Positions 1 through 11,272 of a stretch of DNA of 64,000 nt are shown here, piece by piece. The stretch is from the NCBI GenBank assembly GCA_963714015.1, contig OY970223.1:1568001-1632000 (forward strand). The letters run 5' to 3'. A model generated the notes under the pieces. It did not search any database, was not told the origin of the DNA, and saw nothing but the letters and a program-made list of their open reading frames with translations. Position numbers and translations under genes: made by a program. The stretch's first letter is position 1. Every line of letters starts with the position of its first letter. This DNA is from Vulcanimicrobiota bacterium (GTDB lineage Bacteria > Vulcanimicrobiota > Vulcanimicrobiia > Vulcanimicrobiales > Vulcanimicrobiaceae).

Positions 1-573
1 GCATCGTCACCGCCCGATACATGGATCCCGGCGGGATGGTGACGCCCGGCACGGCGGTGCTTCAGCGTCGCCAAACTCGACGACGTCTGGGTCAACGTCA
101 ACATTCCGGACGAAGACCTCTCTTACGTGCGCGCCGGGACACCGGTTTCTTTCAACACGGGCCAAGTTGCCGGAAAGACGTGGCACGGCACGATCGCAAC
201 CGTCAACGCGGTTCCGACGCAGGGCACGCTGTCGTATCAGGCGCGCATCCTGCAGAATAATCCGGGCGATCTGCTGCGCGGCGGCATGCTCATCACGGCG
301 ACGATCGAAAAGGAACGTCACGCCAACGCAATCGTCGTTCCGCGAGCAGCCGTCGCTCAGACCGATCAAGGCTCGAACGTCTTTATCGTCGGTCCCGGAA
401 ACAAAGCGCAGCAAGTCCCGGTCAACGTCGGCATTCAAACCGATACGCTCAGCGAGGTGAGCAGTCCGCGAATCACCGCCGGCACGACGGTCATCACGAC
501 GCGTCCGGACGCACTGCAGAACGGCAGTACGGTGGCGATCGCAGGACGCGGTCCAGGACAGGCCGGTCAATAG
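1..573 (+). CDS. Efflux RND periplasmic adaptor (membrane fusion protein), 5'-partial, frameshift near 60
   Basis: MFP C-terminal motifs (DDVWVNVNIPDEDL, LRGGM, AIVVPRAAV, VNVGIQTDTLSEV); directly upstream of a TolC gene. Confidence 0.85.
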
Positions 574-576
574 CCG

Positions 577-1996
577 ATGCTGCAGCTCATCGCATTTCTG
601 GCGTTGCAGATCGCTCCGACGCCGGCACCGACCCAATTGCCCTATCCCGCCTACGGTACACCTCGGCCCGGCGCAGCACAGCAGCATCCCGCTCCGGGCG
701 TGCCGCAAGCCATCACGCTGCAGCAAGCTATCGAGATCGCCGTTGCGAAGTCTCCGGTGCTTGCGGCGGCGCGGGCCAACGAGCGGCTTACGCAGATTCC
801 CGTGGAGCTTGCGCGAACCGCAATCTTTCCGAGCATCAGCGGCACGGCGACGATGTCGCAGAGCAACAGCTTCGGCAACGCCGCAAACGGCCGAAATAAC
901 GGGAACAACGGAACTGGCAACGGCACCGGCACCGGAACAGTCGGCAACTCTTTCGTCAGCAAAGGATTGAACGCAAATCTGCGCCAGCTGATTTACGACG
1001 GCGGTAAGGTGATCGCGCAGATCCATCAAGCCAAAGCGAACGCCGTCGCGGGTGCGGACACGTACGAGCGGAATCTCGAAACGCTCGCGTTCAACGTCGC
1101 GCAAGCATACTATAGCGTGCTGCAGGCCGAAACGACGACCCAGCTGGACGTTCAGGTCGTGCATCAGAACGTCGTGCAAGAAGATCTCGTTCGCGCGCAG
1201 CTGCGGGCCGGAACGGCTTCAGAGGTGGACCTGGCCACGGCCGAACTGCCGACGGCTCAAGCGCGCGTGGCACTCGTGCGCCAACAAGGAACACAGCTCG
1301 CCGCTCAGGCGACGTTTGCCGAGACGCTGGGGCTGGATCCCGACACTCAGGTCAATCCGGTAAGCAATGCGTCGACGAATCAAACGACGACGACCGCTAC
1401 GATCCTCTCTTACGATCAGGCGATAACCCGCGCACTCGCCCTGCGCCCGGATTTTCTGTCCGCGCAAGCATCCGTGCTGGCGGCGCAGTACAACGTACAA
1501 GTGCAGCGCTCCGGGTTGCTGCCCAGTCTAACCGGCAGCGCGTCCTATGGAACGAACTCCACGAACGTCGCGGGCGGCGCTTTCGGACCGAGCGATTCAG
1601 TCGGCCTCACGCTCAGCGTGCCGATCTACGATCAGGGGATCACCCGCGCCGAAACGGAAACGGCGCAGGCACAGCTCGACGTGGCGTCCTCGCAACTCCA
1701 ACAGTCGAAGCTGGCAAGTCGAAACCGACGTGCGATCGGGCTTGGCGGGTTTGATCTCGGCGCAGGCGGCGGTCACGCAGGCCGATGCGGAACTGAGCAA
1801 AGCGCAAGAGATCCTCAAAGCCACTCAAGCCCAATACCGGTCGGGAGTCACGACGCTGCCGCTTCTGCTCAATGCGCAGGTCGGACTTACGCAGGCTGAA
1901 ACGGATCAAGTCAACGCGCTCTATGCGTTGCGTCAGGCGGAGCAAACCTATACGTTCGCGCTCGGCGAAAGCGACATCACGCCCGCGGGGCCGTAG
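577..1996 (+). CDS. TolC-family outer membrane efflux protein (frameshift near 1715)
   Basis: Signal peptide; ITLQQAIEIAVAKSP, LIYDGG, VAQAYY, VPIYDQG; the C-terminus (AQYRSGVTTL) continues in ORF 1547..1996. Confidence 0.9.
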
Positions 1997-2058
1997 CGCT
2001 GCGCGATACCGCTAACCTCGCCAAGGGGTAGATTCGGTCCAACGGCAAATAGCGCCGC

Positions 2059-3708
2059 ATGCACAGATGGGCTGCGGCGCTTTTTGCCCTTCTCTTAGTA
2101 AGTGCTTGCACGAAGCAAACCGCAACGGGCGGCGCGGCCGGCAACAGCTGGACACGTCCGGGCGTGTTGCGATACGCGGAGAACGCCTCGCCTTCGTCGC
2201 TGAATCTGCTGCTCGACTCCTCGGCCGTGACCGGCGACGTGGCGTCGTTCATCTACTCTTACGCCGTCCGCTACGACGAGCACGCGCAGCCCGTTCCGGA
2301 TGCGGTTTCGGAAGTGCCGACCGTAGAGAACGGCGACGTCAGCAAAGACGGCCTGACGCTGCGGTATAAATTGCGGCACAACATCACGTGGCAAGACGGA
2401 CAGCCGCTCACGTGCCGCGATCTTCGGTTCACCTGGCAAGCGGTGATGAACCCCCACAACAACGTCGTTACGACCGACGGTTACAAAGACATCGCAAGCA
2501 TCGACTGCAGCAACCCGTACGTGGCCGTCGTGCACATGAAGAGGCTCTACGCGCCGTATCTGCAGCAGCTTTGGGGCGTGAACGGAAACGCGCCGATTCT
2601 GCCCGAGCATATTCTGGCAAAATACAACGATGCCGGCGGATCGCTCAATTCTGCGCCGTACAACTCCATGCCGATCGGAAGCGGACCGTTCAAGGTCGTC
2701 GAATGGCAGCGCGGCACCGAAGTGCGTATGGTTGCCTATCCCAAGTACTTCATGGGCCGTCCCAAGCTGAGCGAAGTGATCTTCCGTATCATGCCCGACG
2801 AAAACACGATGATCACCTCGCTCCAAACGCACGACATCGACTTGATCGCGCGCGGCAGCGGACTGAATTGGCCGCGCTATCAGCGAATTTCCGGCCCGGG
2901 ATCCGGCCTGACGGCGCTGCGGGTCGATGACTACCTCTACTCGCACATCGACTTCAACTTACGCCGGCCGCTGCTGCAAGACCGCAACGTCCGTCTGGCC
3001 TTGGCATACGCGACCGATCGCGATGAGATCGTTCAAAAGATCATGCATGGCTCGGCAGTTCCCGCCCAAACCGATCAATCGCCGGAGCTGTCTTGGGCGT
3101 ACACGGGCAACTTCGAACGTCACGATTTCGACCCGGCGAAGGCCTCGCAGATCCTGGACGCCGACGGCTGGGTGCGCGGGCGGGACGGCATACGGGTCAA
3201 GAACGGTCAGCGACTCTCATTCGATCTGACGTGCGGGGCCGAGGGCAACTATGCCAAAGACATCGAAACGCTGGTGCAGCGGCAGTGGCACGACATCGGT
3301 GCTGAAGCCGTCATCAAGAACGTGCCGACCGCGCTGTTCTTTCAAAACGGCGTGAGCGGAACGCTTCAGGGCGGCCACTACGACGTCGCGATTTTCAGCT
3401 GGACGCAGTCGGCCGATCCCGACGACAGCGCGATCCTTTCCGGGCTGAATTTTGCCCCGCACGGGCAGAATGCCGTTTTCTGGAACGATCCGCAAGCCAC
3501 CGCGGCGATGACGGACGCGCTCAAGACGCTGGACCGTAACCGCCGCAAGCATGACTACGAGATCGTTCAGCAGCGGATCGCGCATGACGTTCCGAGTATC
3601 ATCCTGTTCTTCTGGAAAGACATCTACGTCTACAACTCGGATATCAAGGGATTCAAGCCGTCTCCGGTGATATCGCCATTTTGGAACCCGTGGGAGTACA
3701 GCATATGA
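2059..3708 (+). CDS. Peptide ABC transporter substrate-binding lipoprotein (family 5, OppA/DppA-like), copy 1
   Basis: Lipobox VSAC; SKDGLTLRYKLRHNITWQDG, PIGSGPFK, FDPAKASQILDADGW. Confidence 0.92.
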   Translation: MHRWAAALFALLLVSACTKQTATGGAAGNSWTRPGVLRYAENASPSSLNLLLDSSAVTGDVASFIYSYAVRYDEHAQPVPDAVSEVPTVENGDVSKDGLTLRYKLRHNITWQDGQPLTCRDLRFTWQAVMNPHNNVVTTDGYKDIASIDCSNPYVAVVHMKRLYAPYLQQLWGVNGNAPILPEHILAKYNDAGGSLNSAPYNSMPIGSGPFKVVEWQRGTEVRMVAYPKYFMGRPKLSEVIFRIMPDENTMITSLQTHDIDLIARGSGLNWPRYQRISGPGSGLTALRVDDYLYSHIDFNLRRPLLQDRNVRLALAYATDRDEIVQKIMHGSAVPAQTDQSPELSWAYTGNFERHDFDPAKASQILDADGWVRGRDGIRVKNGQRLSFDLTCGAEGNYAKDIETLVQRQWHDIGAEAVIKNVPTALFFQNGVSGTLQGGHYDVAIFSWTQSADPDDSAILSGLNFAPHGQNAVFWNDPQATAAMTDALKTLDRNRRKHDYEIVQQRIAHDVPSIILFFWKDIYVYNSDIKGFKPSPVISPFWNPWEYSI

Positions 3709-5347
3709 AACGCATCCTCAGCTTAGGACTCATTTCGGCCGTTCTGCTGTCGGCATGTTCGAAAGCCGGCGCGCCATCCGGAGCGGGCGGACGAATCAAC
3801 AGCTGGACGATTCCGCACGTGCTTGCGCATGACGTACTGCCGCGGAAGAACCCGAGACGCTAAACCCCCTCCTTTCGCCCGACTCGGCGGTTTCGCAAGT
3901 CCTCGGACCCTTAATCATGGGCTATTTGCTGCGTTGCGACGTGCACAACAACATCGTCCCGGAACTGGCTTTACAGGTTCCGACGAAAGAAAACGGCGGG
4001 GTCAGTTCGGATGGGTTGACGATAACCTACCATCTTCGCCGGGGAGTGCGCTGGTCGGACGGTGCGCCGTTCAATGCGGACGACGTCATCTTCAGTTTCA
4101 AGGCTGTGTTGAACCCGGACAACAACGTTACCAGCCGCACCGGTTTCGATCTGATCTCGAAGATGGACGAGCCGGACAAGTACACCGTAGTGATTCATCT
4201 GAAGAAGCCATACTCGTCATTCGTCGAGACGTTCTTCTCAACGTCCGGCGCTAACCCGTCATTGTTGCCGGCGCATTTGCTGGCGAACTATCCTAATCTG
4301 AATCGCGTCGACTACAATTCCAAGCCGGTCGGTATCGGACCGTTCAAGGTGAAGATTTGGCAGCGCGGGCAGCGCGTCGTGCTCGTTCCCAATCCATATT
4401 ATTTTCGCGGCCTTCCGAAACTCAAGGAGATCGACGACGAGATCATCCCGGACGTGAACACCGTGGTGACTTCTATGCAAGCGAAGTCGCTGGACATGTC
4501 TTATAACACTCCGCAGAATCTGTATCCGCAGCTGGTGACGCTGAAAGACTTCAACGTCGTTGCGCAAGATTCGTACATCTTCCGGCACTTCGACTTGAAT
4601 TTGACCAGTCCGAAGCTGCGCGATCCGATAGTACGGCAGGCTCTGCGTTATGGGATGGACCGCCCGATGATCTTGGCAAAGCTCTACCACGGAATCGGTA
4701 ACCTGCAGGAACAACCGGCGATCCAGGTTGCGCCGTACTGGGACCCCAACATCAAGCTGGTTCCGTTTGATTTGGCGAAGGCCAACCAGTTGCTCGATGC
4801 CGACGGCTGGAAACGCGGCGCCGGCGGCGTTCGCTCCAAGAACGGCGTACGCCTTGACCTCAACTTTGCGACGGCTGCCGGCACCGTCATCAACGATCAG
4901 CTCATCGAGCTGGTTAGACAGACTTGGAACCCCCTGGGCGTCAATATTACCACCAGCCATTATCAAAACACGCTGCTTTTCGGACAATATCAGGACAACG
5001 GTATTTTGGCGCGCGGGAAGTTCGACGTAGCCTATTTTGCGTGGGGTCAGGACGGCTTGGGCGACCTCTCTCCAATTTACGGCTGCGACGAGGTGCCGCC
5101 GAGCGGACAGAATTACATGCACTGGTGCAACGCAACCGCGCAGCGGGCGATGAATGCGTTTTTCACGCACTACGAACAGCCGCAGAGAAACGCCGACGAC
5201 GCGGTCGTCATGGAACAGCTGTACAAAGATGTGCCCACCATCATTTTGATGGGCACCAAGCAACTTTGGGTCTACAATAAAGACCTAAAGAACTTTCATC
5301 CCGGCGAACTCTCGCCGTTCGACAACTTCATGGACGTGGATATCTGA
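3705..5347 (+). CDS. Peptide ABC transporter substrate-binding lipoprotein, copy 2 (frameshifts at about 3830-3900)
   Basis: ATG overlaps the previous stop (ATGA); lipobox LSAC in ORF 3681..3863; body in ORF 3917..5347 (DGLTITYHLRRGVRWSDG, PVGIGPFK). Confidence 0.9.
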
Positions 5348-5348
5348 C

Positions 5349-6997
5349 ATGCGCTCTACATTGCGGATACCGGTACTGCTGCTGTGCGTCTTGGCGGCAT
5401 CTTGCTCGAAAACCGCTGGTCCTGGGGCGGCGGGACAAGGCGGCAGAGTCAATTCGTTCACGATTCCCCACGTGTTCCGCTACACGACGGCGCCCGGCGA
5501 CATCGCGACGCTCAATCCGCATCTTCACGGTGAAGTCGATTTGATGATGCTTTCGCAGCTGACGATGGCATGGCTGATCCGCTTCGACGAGCACAATAAC
5601 GCTTATCCGGAACTGGCGACGGTCGTGCCGACGCAGCAGAACGGCGGCGTCAGCAAAGACGGCTTGACGATCACGTATCATCTTCGCAAAGGCGTGCGCT
5701 GGTCGGACGGCGCGCCGTTCACGGCCGACGACGTCGTTTTCTCGACGCGCGTCGTGCTGGATCCGGCGAACCTGCGAGATCACTCGCAGCGGCTGGGACC
5801 TGATCACGAAGATCGACGAGCCGGACAAGTACACCGTCGTCTACCACATGAAGAAGCCGTACTCGCCGTTCGTCGAGACGTTCTTTGCAACGGCCGGTGC
5901 CAACCCGTGCATCTTGCCCAAGCATCTGCTCGCGAAATACCCGAACATCAACAACGTCCCGTACAACTCGCTGCCGGTGGGAATCGGACCCTTCAAATAC
6001 AAGGAATGGATTCGATCGAGCAAAGTCGTAATGGTGGCCGATCCGCTGTACTGGCGAGGTTTGCCCAAACTCAAGGAAATCGACTGGCAGATCATTCCCG
6101 ATCGGAACACTGCGGTTACGCAGCTGCAAGCCAAACAGGTGGACATGTGGTATCCGGTCCCCGGCGCGTATCTCGCGCGGGTGCGAAATCTGTCCGGCTA
6201 TACGATCCTAAGCCAGCCCTCGTACATCTTCAATCATCTGGACTTCAATTTGCAGAGTCCGCGAACGTCCGATCCGATCGTGCGGCAGGCGCTGCGTCTG
6301 GCGACACCCCGTCAACGCATTCACGATACCGTGGCGCACGGCATCGGATTTTTACAGGATCAGCCGGCGGCGCACACGTCTCCATATTGGGATCCCGCGA
6401 TTAAATTCAAACCGATGGACGTGGCGCAAGCCAACGCTATGCTCGACAAAGACGGTTGGAAACGCGGCCCGGACGGGATCCGCGCGAAGAACGGCGTCAA
6501 ACTGAGTTTGGATTTCGCGTCGACGACCGGTTCGCCCGACGTAGACACGCAGATCGAACTGATCCGCCAAGGCTGGGCGCAGATTGGCGTAGGCCTTAGC
6601 GTCAAACGGTATCCGCTCGACGTTACTGCTTGCTCCCAAGTCCGAGGGCGGTATCGTCAACAACGGCAGGTTTGACGCCGTGACGTTTGCTTGGGGGCTG
6701 GATCCGATCGGCGATTTTTCCGCCGAGTACGGCTGCGACGCGTTTCCGCCGGCCGGTTCGAACGTCTCGCTCTGGTGCAATCACACCGCCGACGCGGCGA
6801 TGCACGCCCTCTACGGACATTTCGATCAAGCCAGCCGCAATAAGGACGACGCCGTCGTTCAGGAAGCAATCGACCGCGACGTGCCGTTCATCACGGTCAA
6901 TGGCCGCGAGGACATCTACGTCTTGAACAAAGATCTAAAGAACTTCCACCCCAACGCCGTCTCGCAGTTCGATAACATGATGAACGTCGACATCTAG
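5349..6997 (+). CDS. Peptide ABC transporter substrate-binding lipoprotein, copy 3 (frameshifts near 5775 and 6625)
   Basis: Lipobox-like LAASC; three consecutive ORF pieces paralogous to copy 2, ending FDNMMNVDI versus FDNFMDVDI. Confidence 0.9.
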
Positions 6998-8348
6998 CGC
7001 TCGCAGCGCCGCAGTGGCCAGGCCCGCGCATCCGAGCAACGAGCCGAGCCGCAGCCCGGCCCAGAACGCGTTTCGCGCCAGCAATCCGGTTGCGGCAAGC
7101 TCCGCGTGCCAAGCCGCGGATATTCCGCCGGAAGCGACTTTTGGCGAAAGCGGCGCCATTGCATCCGGCCAGACCGGCGCCGCATGCTGCGCCGCAACGA
7201 TCCCGGCAGCAGCAACGATCAGCAGCATGGCAGCCGGAACGATCAGCGTTTTGAGCGTCAGTTGCGGACGCGATGCAATTAGCGCGCCGGCAAACGCCGC
7301 AGCCAGCAGCAGTGCCTGGGGCAGCGCTTCCGGCCGCTGCGCTAGACCCAGCCAGTCGATCGCGCACAGCATAGCCGCTGCAAGCGTCCACGCGCATGCG
7401 GCGCCTTGCATGCGGCGAGCCAGAACGATTGCCGGAACGAATTCGACGATGAGATCGTGCTCGTGAAAGAACGGCAGAACGAAGGGCAGCAGCGCGCAGG
7501 TTGCGCAGAAGCGCAGAACCGGATCCGGCATGGGCAGAACTTTCGTCAGCCAAATCGCAAGCGCGCCCGCAGCGATGATTCCGCCGGCGATTGCAGCAGC
7601 GGCAGGCGCGGCGCCAAACCCGTAGGCGATAGACGCGGGCGTCAGCTGAATCACGGCCAGGTTTTCGGCGGCGCCGTGCGCTCGTAGGACGCTCAGGTAA
7701 TGCAATATACCTCGCCCGTACACGGCGGTGCAGATGGCGGCGAACAGCAATGAATACGCGAAGAATCTCGGTGCCCCGGCGGCTGCCGGCGCGATATTGG
7801 GCTGAAGCCACGCCGGCAGAAGCGCCCACGATCGCCGCGTACCCAATGCCGCAAATGCATACGCGGGCAATGCCAATTGACCGAGCGCGTAAGCGCTGGT
7901 CAGCGGTCCGAATCCGAGCGCCGCGACGCCGGCGAGCAGAAAGCTCCACAGCGTTATCGGCAAGCCCGCCACATCGATCGCCGCAACGGCTAGAAGAGCG
8001 ATTGCCGCGATCAAAATCAGCTCGCCAAAGCGTATTGGCGGCCGCGAAGGGGAGACGCGCGATTGCGCCTGCGAGCGGCAGCAGTGCGGGCGGCCCGGCG
8101 AAGGGCAACGGTTCAAATTTGCCGCCGGCGTGGATCTCCGGCCCGCGCTCGGCGTTCCAAATCTGCAAACTGTACGGGTCGCCGCCGTCATTCCACACTG
8201 TTCCGGCGGCGTAGTATGCCTCGAAATCGCGCATCGGCGGTCCGGGCGTGCCGTGGGGCCGTGCTATCGTCACTCCGGCGATCGCGGCCGCCAGCGCCAA
8301 CACCGCCACGATTGTTCGGCTAAGCGGCGCCCTTTGGAACGTCGGCAT
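6935..8348 (-). CDS. GT-C fold membrane glycosyltransferase, GT87/DUF2029-like (frameshift near 8025)
   Basis: RDFEAYYAAG...GGDPY, LPFAGPP, ALGQL, PFFHEHD motifs; many TM helices. Confidence 0.7.
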
Positions 8349-8892
8349 ACAAGGTCAAGCGTTCTACGCTGCCCTTGCGCGCCATTGCATAGGCGACGCC
8401 GCCGGGAAACCGCGCCTCGAACGCTTCGTCATAAACGACCTTTCCCGGGCCGCCCACGGCGGGGGTGAAGATCTCGGGCATTGCACCCGGCGATTTGCCG
8501 ATGCACACCCCGCCGGGCTCCAGCCGTAAGCCGCCCAAGTCGCGAGGTTCGAGCGCCGGCGGATTGGCGCTTTGAGGAACATACAGCTCGACCGCCGCTA
8601 GAGTGCGGTGCCGGTAGAAGGCGCTGAGCAAACAACGCCGGCCGCTTTCCTTCGTCGCATAGGTGTGCCATCCGCGAGCGGGATAACTGAATGCAACGCC
8701 GAGCTCGCGCTCGACGTCGTCGCGGGTCGTCTTTCCGACTTCGAACGTGAGCCGATCCGACTGGAGGACGACGGCTCGATCCAATGCCCGCGGCGGGACG
8801 TTGGTGGTGCGCCGAGCGCGTTCGTGTATCCGCGCCAAAATCTCGACGGCGCGGAGCATTGCGAAGTCCGGAGCCTTCGGTTCGTCGCTCAA
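8320..8892 (-). CDS. Hypothetical protein
   Basis: 190-aa ORF between the S2P and GT87 genes on the same strand with tight spacing. Confidence 0.7.
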   Translation of the reverse strand: MSDEPKAPDFAMLRAVEILARIHERARRTTNVPPRALDRAVVLQSDRLTFEVGKTTRDDVERELGVAFSYPARGWHTYATKESGRRCLLSAFYRHRTLAAVELYVPQSANPPALEPRDLGGLRLEPGGVCIGKSPGAMPEIFTPAVGGPGKVVYDEAFEARFPGGVAYAMARKGSVERLTLYADVPKGAA

Positions 8893-8893
8893 C

Positions 8894-9785
8894 TCAGTAC
8901 CGGATCGCTTGATGCGGAAGGTTCACGTGCGAGATCGACATCAGGTAAAACAGGCCGATCATCGTAGCGAGATACCAGAAGCCGACGCGAACTTTGCCGG
9001 CCGGCGTCATTGAGGCGAAACGAGGATCGTGGTATCCGCGAAATCCCGCAATCGCACTCGGCAATGCCAGCAAAGCGAAGAGCAGCAAAAAGAACAGCGG
9101 CACGTGCAGCCAGATTGAAAGCCCGACGAACGCCAGAAATCCAAAGACCCAAAGCACCGGCGAGAGTGCACCGGCGATGCGGCCGCCGTCGAACGGCAGC
9201 GCCGGAATCATGTTGAACAGATTAACGAACGCGCCGACGTTGGCCGCCATCAACCAAAAATCGGAGTGTAATTGGGTGCCGTACGCCCAGCAAATCGCCG
9301 AAACGCCCAAGCCGGTAAGCGGGCCGGCGAGCGCGATATACGCATCGTGCTCGAGATTCTGCGGCACTCCGCCCATCGTGAACGCGCCCATGAACGGAAC
9401 GAACACCGGGAAGCTTCGCCGGCAACCCGTAGTTGCGGATCGTCACGTAATGACCCATCTCGTGCGCCAGAATCATTACGAGAAAGACCAGCGCAAATTT
9501 CCAGCCCCAAAATAATGCGTAGAACCACAGCGAGATGAAAAACGATCCGCCATACGTGAAAAGTTTGAGCGCGATAAAGGCCCATTTGAAGTTGAGCAGC
9601 AGCAAAAGCAGGCCTTTGAATTTTGCAAGCAGCACCGCAATGCCGACTCCCGCTGCGCCTAAGCCCTTGGCTTTATTGCCTTGCTCGCGCTGCGCTTGCG
9701 TCTGGGCGTCGGGAGGCAAGTACTCGCCTTCCGTAACGTCGTAGCGCTTATTTTCGGGCCGTTCGGCCCAATGGGGATCGTTCAC
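8894..9785 (-). CDS. Site-2 protease, M50 membrane metalloprotease (frameshift near 9410)
   Basis: HEMGH zinc motif, IALAGP, FNMIPALPFDGGR. Confidence 0.9.
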
Positions 9786-9903
9786 GATTCTTGCTACTTC
9801 TGCGCAGGCCCGATTGTTCCGGCGGCCTTCGCCTCGCGATAAAGGGCTCTGTGCGTTGCCGCTGCTCAGGGTCACGACGCGAGAATGTCGAACGGGCGCA
9901 TGC

Positions 9904-11231
9904 GTGAAGCGGATAGTGATTTTGGGCGGCGGCTTTGCGGCGATTGCGACGGCGCAGCGGCTGGAGAAGATGCTTCGACCGCAAGAGGCCGAGCTCGACC
10001 TTGATCAGCCGCGAGAATTTTTCGCTTTTTACGCCGATGCTGCCGGAGGTGAGCTCCGGAGCGCTGGACGTGCGGCACATCGTGACGCCCATTCGGTCGC
10101 AACTGCGCCGCACGCGCTTCATTCTTGCAGACGTCACCGCCCTGGACGCGAATGCGAGCAGCGTTTCGTACACGCATACACTTACCGGCGATGCGGAAAG
10201 CGATGGAGTTCGATCATGTCGTCATTGCGATTGGAGCGTCGACCTCGACGTTCGGTTTGCCCGGCGTCGCCGAACGCGTCTTTGCGCTCAAGACGCTCGA
10301 AGACGCCGGCATTCTGCGCAACCGTTTCATGTGGCTGCTCGAATTCGCGGACACGCTTACCGATCCGCACGAGCGCAAGCGCTTGTTGACGATTGCCGTC
10401 GTCGGCGGCGGATTTACCGGCGTCGAGGCGGCAGGCGAGACTGGCCGAGCTCTTTCACAGCGTTCGCCGGTTCTTTCCGAACGTCCAAGAGAACGACATT
10501 GAGATCGTGTTGATCGAAGGGGGACCCGTACTGCTCCCGGGGCTGCCGGCACGCATGGGCGAGTATTCAAATCGCGATCTGCGCCGTCGCGGCGTGGCGG
10601 TGATCACGGGCGACGGCGTGAAACTCGCCGACGACCAGGGACTGGAACTCGCGAGCGGACGGCGCGTCGAAACGCGCACGATCGTTTGGAGCGCCGGAGT
10701 CAAGCCGCGATCGATTGCGATCGCCGGGGATATTCCGCGCGGCAAACACGGCACGATCGCGGTCGCGGCGGACATGAGCGTCCCGAATTTTGCCGGGTTC
10801 TGGGCGATCGGCGACTGCGCGTCGATTCCGAACGGACAGGGCGGTTTTTATCCGCCTACGGCGCAGCACGCGATTCGTGAAGGGCCGGTGCTCGCGGCGC
10901 AACATCGTTGCGGCGCTCCGCGGCGCGGTCGACCCAGCCGTTTCGCTACAACTGCGCTGGGAATGATGGCATCGCTCGGAGCGCGCAAAGCGGTGGCGCA
11001 GTTGCCCGGCGATCGCGTTCTGACCGGATTTCTGGGCTTGGTTTCTTTGGCGCAGTTACTATCTCTCGCGCCTTCCCGGTCTGGATCGTAAGCTGCGCGT
11101 CGCGTTCGACTGGACGCTCGAATTGGTGTTTCCGCGCGACATCTCCGAACTGCGCGTCTACACGCGGCGCGCGCAGTCCAGCGCCGCGGCCGATGCCGGT
11201 CTGAAGCCTGCGCGAGCGCGATCTGAAGTAG
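9904..11231 (+). CDS. NAD(P)/FAD-dependent oxidoreductase, type II NADH dehydrogenase-like (several frameshifts; 3' end uncertain)
   Basis: [56 protein letters not shown] spread over successive frames. Confidence 0.85.
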
Positions 11232-11272
11232 CCGCGCGAGCCGGTCTTGGAAGTACGCACCGCAATGGGGGT

